DNA from: Candidatus Peribacteria bacterium
GTDB taxonomy: Bacteria > Patescibacteriota > Gracilibacteria > Peribacterales > Peribacteraceae
Assembly: GCA_023245935.1 (NCBI GenBank)
Contig: JAHFJM010000004.1
Coordinates: 13,924 to 77,923, forward strand
DNA: 64,000 nt
Direction of reading: 5' to 3'
Under the pieces are notes generated by a model. That model did not search any database. It saw only the letters and a list, made by a program, of their open reading frames with translations, and was not told where the DNA came from. Below, piece by piece: positions 17,828-24,932 of this stretch (position 1 is the stretch's first letter; every line of letters begins with the position of its first letter). A program made the translations under genes and the position numbers.

Positions 17828-18892
17828 ATGAAGAAATTTTCCACTCTCCTTTTCGTCTTCTCGACAGTGCTTTTTGCGGCGTGTTCACCCGCGTCTCCTG
17901 GCAGTAGCAGCACAGTGCAGACCGGTTCCGGCAGCACTTCCGCTTCGGAAGCCGAGAGCGGCAGTACGATGGTCACGGTGACCAGCAACGTCAGTTACGT
18001 TGGAACGGTGACGGAGCTTGGTGTGTCCGCTGCCATGCAGGGCACTCATAAACTTCTCCTCGCCGACGGGCAATTCATTCTGCTCGAATCGACCGATGCA
18101 AACCTCAACCTGGATACCTATCTCGGAAAGCAGGTGGAAGTGCGAGGAAGCGTTTCACCGACGGTGGAAGGCAACGGTGGAATCATGAGAGTCGAGGAAG
18201 TGACGATTCTCGAGGCCTTCTCCGGGAGTGAGGCGCAGACGACCTCTTCGTCATCGAAATCAGCAACCATTTTCTGCGGAGGCATTGCAGGGATCGCTTG
18301 CCCATCAGGAATGTCATGCGTCGACAATCCGGACGACAGTTGCGATCCTGAGAATGGAGGAGCGGACTGCGGTGGAATATGTGTTCATGCAATGATGCCG
18401 GCATCATCCAAGACATCTTCCGCTTCCTCGAAAGCTTCTGTCGAGCCGACTCAATCTTCCTCGCTCTCGAGTGCTCAAGACGCATTGTCTGCATCACTGG
18501 AAGCTGCAATCGTGCTCATGGCGAAGCAAAAAAATGATGACGCCCTCTGGACGCAGAAGTACTGCACGGGTCACAGCGCATTCTGCATTGCAGCACACAA
18601 GAATTGGTACTTCAAATCGTTCGGAGCGACGACATCCAATCTCTGGCATGTCGAATTCGGCATGTCGCCGATTGAGGACCTCCACACGGGACCGATCGTC
18701 CTCAATCTTGTGACCGGCACGAGCGCATCGATGAACGCGAAAGACGGAGAAATTCGCTCGGAAGGCAGTGACGTCATCGGCTTCAAAGATTGGACCGGCG
18801 GCACGCACTTTGAATTGATTGCCGATGCAAGGCTGAAGGATGCCGTCCAAATCATGCTTCGTTCCATCTCTTCCTACACTCCTGCGGAGTAA
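17828..18892 (+). CDS. Lipoprotein, function unknown, with an internal Cys-rich motif
   Basis: MKKFSTLLFVFSTVLFAAC is a signal peptide plus lipobox, followed by a Ser-rich linker. The motif CGGIAGIACPSGMSCVDNPDDSCDPENGGADCGGIC lies at nt 18275-18382. Confidence 0.6.
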   Translation: MKKFSTLLFVFSTVLFAACSPASPGSSSTVQTGSGSTSASEAESGSTMVTVTSNVSYVGTVTELGVSAAMQGTHKLLLADGQFILLESTDANLNLDTYLGKQVEVRGSVSPTVEGNGGIMRVEEVTILEAFSGSEAQTTSSSSKSATIFCGGIAGIACPSGMSCVDNPDDSCDPENGGADCGGICVHAMMPASSKTSSASSKASVEPTQSSSLSSAQDALSASLEAAIVLMAKQKNDDALWTQKYCTGHSAFCIAAHKNWYFKSFGATTSNLWHVEFGMSPIEDLHTGPIVLNLVTGTSASMNAKDGEIRSEGSDVIGFKDWTGGTHFELIADARLKDAVQIMLRSISSYTPAE

Positions 18893-18898
18893 AATTCT

Positions 18899-19744
18899 AT
18901 GCCTGTCTTCACCTACAGAGCGATGAACGAAGACTCCAAGGAGGTGAGGGGTCAGGTTGATGCTCTCGATCTTGATTCTGCAAAGAGAGCACTTGAGGCA
19001 ACGCATCTCGACGTCGTCGAAATTCACGAAGCATCGAGGAGAAGCGGAGCCGTAGCCGATGCTCCGACCGACGCTCCTTCCCTCAAGACGACGTTCGCAT
19101 TCGAAGGAAAAGACACGAGCGGAGGGATTCGCCGAGGCACGGTGCAATCCGAGACGAAGTACCAGGCGTTTGAGAAACTTAAAAACGATCAGGAGCTGTT
19201 TTTGACAATGCTCTCTCCTCTCGGTGTCACGCCGCAGTACCGTGACAACGACCTCGAGAACTGGCAGAAATCAGCTCCCCCTCCGCCGATCCGTACGGCA
19301 CCTTCGAAGCCTTCGTCGCCCTCACCTGCAAAATCGGTATCGGCTCAACCCCTGAAGCAGGGAAAACCAAAATCCATCGGCTTCGCAGAGACTGCCAGCA
19401 CCCCTCCACCGCAAAAATCAGTATCGCAGCCGGTCGCTCCTTCTTCACACCAATACCATCCTCTCGCATCAACGCTCCGTCTCTATGCCGGCTGGCTTCT
19501 TGCGTGGTACGGGCTCTTCGTCGCACTGGGCTACTATGCGCACACCCGCGCGCTCCCCTGGGATCTTCCGTTCGTCGAAGCATTCTTCGTCTCACCGCTG
19601 ATTTTCAGCTTCACCGTTGCGATCTTCCTGTTCCTGATGCTTGGAAGCATTCACCGGGCAGTCAACGGTCACTGGACAAGCCGCATCGTTCTCGGGCTTC
19701 TCGGAATCGGTGCACTGGTCGGTGTAAGGATGAGTGTCGTCTAA
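18899..19744 (+). CDS. Membrane protein with PilC/GspF-like N-terminal ~45 aa, Pro-rich linker and ~4 TM helices
   Basis: MPVFTYRAMNEDSKEVRGQVDALDLDSAKRALEATHLDVVEIHE follows the M..F.Y.A.d..G....G...A.....A...L......V..I.E pattern of T2SS-F/PilC N-termini. The rest is not a T2SSF domain. Confidence 0.55.
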   Translation: MPVFTYRAMNEDSKEVRGQVDALDLDSAKRALEATHLDVVEIHEASRRSGAVADAPTDAPSLKTTFAFEGKDTSGGIRRGTVQSETKYQAFEKLKNDQELFLTMLSPLGVTPQYRDNDLENWQKSAPPPPIRTAPSKPSSPSPAKSVSAQPLKQGKPKSIGFAETASTPPPQKSVSQPVAPSSHQYHPLASTLRLYAGWLLAWYGLFVALGYYAHTRALPWDLPFVEAFFVSPLIFSFTVAIFLFLMLGSIHRAVNGHWTSRIVLGLLGIGALVGVRMSVV

Positions 19745-20379
19745 AGCCCCAGCTGCTTGCGAATATCGTCAGCCTGCGACTGTTCCTGCTTCTTCGCTGC
19801 GGTCTGCACATACAGAGCTTGCAGATCCTTCCAGTCTTCGCCGTGCTTCTTCTCGAGTTGCTGCAGATGCTTCAAGTGCTTCGGGGAGAGCTGGCTGAAC
19901 TTGAATCGCTCTTCCTCAAGAATCTTCTGAAGCTCATCGATCTGGAACTGACTCAGCTTTGGGATCGCCTGCACGATGCGCCACTTCTCGTCTCTCGTGA
20001 GAGAAATCGAACCCCTGAGCAGTGTCAGGAATGTCTGCTCATCGAAGTTTGTTTCCGGATGGGCCGGAACGACGACTTTGTCGTTATTCAGCGTCGCCAT
20101 CAGAGAACCGAAGCGGTAATTGCCGATCTCCGCAAGAATCTTGATATCCTCGTCGTCATACCCCATCTCCTTCGTCGCAACCGTCCCGACGGGAGGCGGT
20201 GGAGGGCTGGTGTCTTGGACCGGAGGATTCGCGGCACCGGGCTGACCCTGTGCCTGTGCTCCTGCTTGCCCTGCCGGAGGAGGCGGAGGAGAACCGAAAA
20301 CTTGTGTCGGGTCCAACCCTTCTGTCGGAACAGGATCTCCGGGACGCGGTGGGTTGGTGCCTTGAGCTTGGTCAGCCAT
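19741..20379 (-). CDS. Hypothetical protein with Pro/Gly/Gln-rich N-terminus
   Basis: This 212-aa ORF has coding-like composition and a 4-nt overlap with the convergent neighbour stop. I recognise no motif. Confidence 0.5.
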   Translation of the reverse strand: MADQAQGTNPPRPGDPVPTEGLDPTQVFGSPPPPPAGQAGAQAQGQPGAANPPVQDTSPPPPPVGTVATKEMGYDDEDIKILAEIGNYRFGSLMATLNNDKVVVPAHPETNFDEQTFLTLLRGSISLTRDEKWRIVQAIPKLSQFQIDELQKILEEERFKFSQLSPKHLKHLQQLEKKHGEDWKDLQALYVQTAAKKQEQSQADDIRKQLGL

Positions 20380-20442
20380 AGAGGAGGAGGAAAACAGGAT
20401 GAAGCTTATACTGAGCTTGACGCAGCGGCAAGTGAGTAGTGG

Positions 20443-20901
20443 TTAATTGCTGACCGTGAGTCCATACAGAGCAATCCCAAGTGCGACCGATACATTCAGC
20501 GATTCCTTCTTTCCGACCATCGGAATGTGCAGGGCAGTATCGCAAACCTTCAGAAGTTCATCTGAAACTCCTAAAACTTCATGACCGACGATAAGACAAA
20601 TCGGCTTCTGCAAATTGAAATCCGAGAGCGCAGTCGATTTTCCTGTTATTTCAAGTGCCACAATTTCATATCCCTCTTCTCGTCGCTTCTCGATCACCGT
20701 CATCGGATCGTTCGTGTGCGACCACGGAATCCACTCCTCTGCTCCGAGTGCTGTCTTGCTGATTTCTGTGCGTGGAGGAATAGCTGTGTAGCCCGTCAGG
20801 TGAATGTGACTCACGCCGAACGCATCGGCAGTGCGGAAGAATGATCCGATATTCCAGAGTGACCGTATATTGTGAGCGATGAGGACGATGTTCGTTTTCA
20901 T
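20443..20901 (-). CDS. SpoU/TrmH-family RNA 2'-O-methyltransferase
   Basis: The pattern NIRSLWNIGSFFRTADAFG, a small 152-aa SPOUT fold and the C-terminal LNVSVALGIALY motif are present. Confidence 0.85.
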   Translation of the reverse strand: MKTNIVLIAHNIRSLWNIGSFFRTADAFGVSHIHLTGYTAIPPRTEISKTALGAEEWIPWSHTNDPMTVIEKRREEGYEIVALEITGKSTALSDFNLQKPICLIVGHEVLGVSDELLKVCDTALHIPMVGKKESLNVSVALGIALYGLTVSN

Positions 20902-21266
20902 TCAGGAGAATTGAGAACATCGATATTTTGCCAAACCCTTGTGATATTTCGTTGCAACGTGTAATCACGTTGGATGGTATAGCGAAAAATCAGAGCACGA
21001 TCCTCTCCGAGTGTCTCGAGGCAATTTTGCTCATCCATCATAAGATCAGCGCCTTCTTCCATTGAGATATAGGGAAGAAGATCGTCGAGATTATCGAATG
21101 ATTTCAGACTTGTGCGTGCATTGGAATGCGGCTTACAAAAAGCAGACAGCAATTGATACGCTGCATAACGTATGACTCCTACTTCCTTCTGCGCCCTCGT
21201 TTTGTATTCACGATGTTCTTTGCCAAGAACGCGCTTCCGTAGCTGTATTTCCTCAGGTGTATTCAT
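20898..21266 (-). CDS. Hypothetical protein
   Basis: This AT-richer 122-aa ORF has a stop that overlaps the spoU-like start (ATGA). I recognise no motif. Confidence 0.4.
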   Translation of the reverse strand: MNTPEEIQLRKRVLGKEHREYKTRAQKEVGVIRYAAYQLLSAFCKPHSNARTSLKSFDNLDDLLPYISMEEGADLMMDEQNCLETLGEDRALIFRYTIQRDYTLQRNITRVWQNIDVLNSPE

Positions 21267-21283
21267 AAAAGTACTGTAACACT

Positions 21284-22531
21284 TTACGACAAAACTTCAA
21301 GCGTGCTCGCATGCGGATTGCAGAAAACCTCGCAGACTTGCGGGGAGAAAAGCTTCTCCTCACTCACGTCTCTGCAATCGTAGCAAATTCCGGTCTCTGA
21401 TCCTTTTCCGAGTCCCGTTGCTCCCGTGTCCGGTTCATCACGCCTCAGTAGTGTGATACCGGAGAATATCGTGCCGGATGCCGGAGCAAGGCTTCCTGTA
21501 GCACTGTTCCACCTAAAGAGAGAGCCTTTCGAGCGAACGTATGCGATCTCTTTATTCGGATTGAAGAATGAAAGCGATGAAAGTAAATCTTTCACACTAT
21601 CTCTCTGCAGCCCAACGTAACGATACTGCTTCAGGTTGATATTCGGTTCGATTCTTCGCGCAGCCTGCTCGACCGTTCGCTCTTCGTTATTCGTGATGAT
21701 CGTATCGATGAAAATTTCGAGCGGAAGTTGTGACCTCTTCTTTGGCTTGAGATTTGCTTCCTGACTGGCAGAAGAAACCTTCTGTGCAATGCTGTGTTTC
21801 ACTTTCATCCACTGAAGAACAGAGAGAAAGTACGGATCGCCGAGAGGTGTGCGTTCCGGGTGCGGCATGAGTGCGACGACGTTCCCTTCTCTGTTGCAGA
21901 TTCCTGCGATTGCAAGCGTCGAACCGTTCGGAGTCGTCGGCGACGTTTCGTCGACTTTTCCCTCAGCATCGCAGTACTGAAATGCAATTTGATCTTCCTT
22001 CTGCAACTGCTTGATCAAGTCCGGATCACGAGTCACAAATCTGCCCTCTCCGTGTGCAATCGGAATATGAAGAGTCCCAGACCAATTCGATGTTGCGCAA
22101 CGATCTACACTGCACGAACGCTTGATCCAGACCCATTCATTCAGGAACCCCGGTGACCCGTAGCTGCCGTCAGAGTTCTTCAGTGCATTGTGTGCGAGAC
22201 ACATTTTCAGCCCTTCTCCAAGCGGAATCAGCCCGCTCTCGACCAAAACCTGCGCACCGTTGCAATTCCCGATGATTACTTTTCCCTTCGCTGCTTCTTC
22301 ACGCATGAATGCGAAGAGTGGATCGCGTGCGGCAACCATGCCCGATCTCCCTCTGTCTTCGTAACTGAAACCTGCACCGAAGAAATATCCGTCGACATCG
22401 CTCAGCTTCTCAAGGGAATCGTTCCAGCGAAAGACGAAGCAATCAAACCCACAGCGCCTGAGTGTCTTCATGTTGTCTACTTCTCCATTGGAACCAGGGA
22501 AGGACGGTATGGCGAACAGAGGCTTCTTCAT
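21284..22531 (-). CDS. purQ: PurQ-like class I glutamine amidotransferase (FGAM synthase I-like) with ~160-aa C-terminal extension
   Basis: The nucleophile context is GNCNGAQVL and the catalytic His/Glu context is MPHPER. The N-terminus FPGSNGE..... is typical of PurQ. The C-terminal tail ends in a weak PurS-like ..[12 protein letters not shown]. Confidence 0.65.
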   Translation of the reverse strand: MKKPLFAIPSFPGSNGEVDNMKTLRRCGFDCFVFRWNDSLEKLSDVDGYFFGAGFSYEDRGRSGMVAARDPLFAFMREEAAKGKVIIGNCNGAQVLVESGLIPLGEGLKMCLAHNALKNSDGSYGSPGFLNEWVWIKRSCSVDRCATSNWSGTLHIPIAHGEGRFVTRDPDLIKQLQKEDQIAFQYCDAEGKVDETSPTTPNGSTLAIAGICNREGNVVALMPHPERTPLGDPYFLSVLQWMKVKHSIAQKVSSASQEANLKPKKRSQLPLEIFIDTIITNNEERTVEQAARRIEPNINLKQYRYVGLQRDSVKDLLSSLSFFNPNKEIAYVRSKGSLFRWNSATGSLAPASGTIFSGITLLRRDEPDTGATGLGKGSETGICYDCRDVSEEKLFSPQVCEVFCNPHASTLEVLS

Positions 22532-22540
22532 AGCCCGATC

Positions 22541-22945
22541 CTAGCATGACACTTGCACTCGGTCGACGATCGTACAAACTTCTCCACTCACAGATCCCGG
22601 AGCAAGGACACAGCCCTTGATATCACACAACTTCTTACCGTTCCTGCATGACGTGCACGCTCTCCCGGTACACATGCGGACGCATTCGGCAGAAACAGAG
22701 GAACGGCACGTCATTTGGAACCGAGGCAAGTCGATGCAAGCAGTTCCGCTTGCATTACAACCTTTGTCTGAGCACCATCTTTTGCCATTCTCACACGCAC
22801 CGCATGTTCTTGGACCACAATCTTTGCATACTGGGCTCAATCTCGCATCGAGATTCGACGACTTTGAAGAGTAGATGATCATCATCACCGCAAGCGCGAC
22901 AAGAATGAACCCGGCAATCACAAGCGTGTGCAGGGCTTTGGTCAT
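22541..22945 (-). CDS. N-anchored small cysteine-rich protein (internal duplication of an 8-Cys unit)
   Basis: An N-terminal TM is followed by Cys at 40,43,48,51,58,63,70,80 and at 88,92,97,100,107,112,124,134. The repeated motif is C(E/R)NGK(R/K).C.(D/I)KGC. Confidence 0.6.
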   Translation of the reverse strand: MTKALHTLVIAGFILVALAVMMIIYSSKSSNLDARLSPVCKDCGPRTCGACENGKRWCSDKGCNASGTACIDLPRFQMTCRSSVSAECVRMCTGRACTSCRNGKKLCDIKGCVLAPGSVSGEVCTIVDRVQVSC

Positions 22946-23021
22946 AAAACTGGAGGAGGGAGAATTACTGAATATCCATAAGTGTACTCAACCTGCAATT
23001 TTCTGCAACATTCGGTTCTGA

Positions 23022-23561
23022 TTAAACAGTCATCACCTCCTTGTCTTTCTGCTTCGCCGCTTCATCGATCTTGCCGTTTGCGAGGTCGACGAGGTGTTGC
23101 AATTCCTTCTGTACGCGTTCTTTTTCGTCTTCTTCCGCAATTTCCTTCGCCTGGTCGTTCGCCGCTTGGCGATCCTGACGAATTCTGATCTTCGCCTGCT
23201 CCGAGAGCTGACTGACGACCTTCTTCATTTGAATTCTGCGCTCTTCGGTCATCGGTGGAAAATTGAGACGAATGACGATGCCGTCGTTCACGGGATTCAC
23301 GCCGATATTCGCAGCCTGCAGCGCTTTCTCGACATCCCCGAGCACCGACTTGTCCCACGGTTGAATCACGATCGACCGAGCGTCTTGCACGGAAATGCTC
23401 GCAACCGCCTTCAACTCCATTCGCTGACCGTACGCTTCGACGGTGACATGCTCGATGAGCGATGCATTCGCTCGTCCGGTCTGCAATTTGGAAAATTCAG
23501 CATGAAGATGCTCGATCGTCTTCTGACTGTGAGCGGAGAAAAGTTCGAGTGAGGGATGCAT
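23022..23561 (-). CDS. frr: Ribosome recycling factor
   Basis: This 179-aa protein has the full RRF pattern MHPSLE...LQTGRANASLIEHVTVEAYG......A.ISV.DARSIVIQPWDKS. The reverse complement of ATG is at 23559-23561. Confidence 0.95.
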   Translation of the reverse strand: MHPSLELFSAHSQKTIEHLHAEFSKLQTGRANASLIEHVTVEAYGQRMELKAVASISVQDARSIVIQPWDKSVLGDVEKALQAANIGVNPVNDGIVIRLNFPPMTEERRIQMKKVVSQLSEQAKIRIRQDRQAANDQAKEIAEEDEKERVQKELQHLVDLANGKIDEAAKQKDKEVMTV

Positions 23562-23575
23562 AGAAGAGGAGTGTA

Positions 23576-24280
23576 TTAATCTTTCACTATAGTACCTATT
23601 TTTTTTCCAAGAGCCGCATCCAGCAATGCGCCCTTCTTTGAAAAGTTGAAGACGACGATCGGCAGATTCTGTTCGCGGCAGAGACTGAATGCCGATTGGT
23701 CCATCACCTTCAGGTTTTTCTCGATCACTTCCTGAAATGTTACGCTGTCGTACTTCTTCGCATTCTTGAATTTGTTCGGATCTTTGTCGTAAATCCCGTC
23801 GACATTCGATGCCTTCAGAATGACATCGCACTCCAGTTCGAGTGCACGGAGCGCTGCCGCAGAATCGGTCGTGAAGTACGGATTTCCCGTTCCTCCCGCG
23901 CAGATCACGATTCGCTTCTTCTCCATGTGCCTTTCCGCCCTGCGACGAAGGTACGGCTCGGCAAGTTGCGGAACATTGATGGCCGAGCAGACACGCGTCA
24001 CTGCGCCCAGTTTCTCGATGGCGGATTGCAGTGCGACGGCGTTCATGATCGTTGCAAGCATGCCCATCGCATCGCTCGCCGTGCGCTCGATGCCGCTCTC
24101 CGTCGTATCGCGGTAGCGCCAGATATTGCCGGCACCGATGACGATCACGATCTGAATCCCCTCCTTCCACACATCCACGACCTGCGAGGCGATCGCATGC
24201 AATTTTTTGTAATCGAAACCGAAACCGTCGGCGAGTGCTTCACCGGAGATCTTGAGGAGGACACGCTTGTAGTTTGGCAT
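23576..24280 (-). CDS. pyrH: UMP kinase
   Basis: YKRVLLKISGEAL, VIGAGNIWRY and ICAGGTGNPYFTTDSAAALRA are present. Confidence 0.95.
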   Translation of the reverse strand: MPNYKRVLLKISGEALADGFGFDYKKLHAIASQVVDVWKEGIQIVIVIGAGNIWRYRDTTESGIERTASDAMGMLATIMNAVALQSAIEKLGAVTRVCSAINVPQLAEPYLRRRAERHMEKKRIVICAGGTGNPYFTTDSAAALRALELECDVILKASNVDGIYDKDPNKFKNAKKYDSVTFQEVIEKNLKVMDQSAFSLCREQNLPIVVFNFSKKGALLDAALGKKIGTIVKD

Positions 24281-24310
24281 ACGAAAGTGAAACGAGCGTA
24301 GCAGAGAAAT

Positions 24311-24814
24311 TCACTTCTTGTCTATCTCGAGCGGTGCAGAAGCAGGTGCCTTTTCGGGAGTTTTTAGCTTTTCTGGCGACGGAGGATTTGAGCGCTTGAA
24401 TACATGATCTTTAAGAAGCCTCTGCAAGGTTTCCCAGAGTGTTTTCAGTCCAGTCACCGAGAGATGCAGAAGATCTCCAGCCGAAAGTTCTCCTCTGGAG
24501 AGTGGTCCGGCAAGAGGAACATCTCGAATCTGCCCGCTCGCCGCATTCAGAAAGCCAAGCAGCATTCCGGCAACGATCAGGAAGACCAGGTACTTGCCGA
24601 CCACCGGAATAAAGCTGACTGGAATCGTGAGCAAGAAGAGGACGATCCCCTGCTTGCTGTGGTACTGAATGAACGCCGAATCCTTCCTGCTGAAGTAGAT
24701 CAGCACCGACATGATCCAAATGTAACTGAAGGCAGCCATATCTTTGTTCTCACGAATATCCCGCTGCTCGGGAGTCTCATTCGCAGGTATTTGTATGATG
24801 TTCATCAAGAACAT
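24311..24814 (-). CDS. DUF4870-like membrane protein
   Basis: The pattern AAFSYIWIMSVLIYFSRKDSAFIQYHSKQGIVLFLL is typical of DUF4870. It has 3 TM helices and a Pro/Lys-rich tail. Confidence 0.65.
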   Translation of the reverse strand: MFLMNIIQIPANETPEQRDIRENKDMAAFSYIWIMSVLIYFSRKDSAFIQYHSKQGIVLFLLTIPVSFIPVVGKYLVFLIVAGMLLGFLNAASGQIRDVPLAGPLSRGELSAGDLLHLSVTGLKTLWETLQRLLKDHVFKRSNPPSPEKLKTPEKAPASAPLEIDKK

Positions 24815-24833
24815 TATATCATAAAAACAACAG

Positions 24834-24910
24834 TGGTGCTCCCGGCAGGACTCGAACCTGCGACCAACAGGTTAGAAACCTGCTGCTCTATCCACCTGAG
24901 CTACGGGAGC
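24834..24910 (-). tRNA. tRNA-Arg, anticodon UCU (CCA encoded)
   Basis: The reverse complement is GCTCCCGTAGCTCAGGTGGATAGAGCAGCAGGTTTCTAACCTGTTGGTCGCAGGTTCGAGTCCTGCCGGGAGCACCA. The anticodon loop is TT-TCT-AA. Confidence 0.9.
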
Positions 24911-24932
24911 GAACGCAGGGCAGGATAGCATC

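Noticed and set aside
19504-20439. A 311-aa plus-strand ORF opposite the 212-aa gene
   Set aside because: Its Arg/Leu/Cys-rich composition is typical of antisense frames, and it overlaps the end of the 18899-19744 gene. The minus-strand ORF has the more protein-like sequence, although neither has a known motif.
23022-24170. A 382-aa ORF spanning frr and most of pyrH
   Set aside because: Only the last 179 codons are ribosome recycling factor. The upstream part is an out-of-frame read-through across pyrH with an Arg/Gly/Glu-rich composition.
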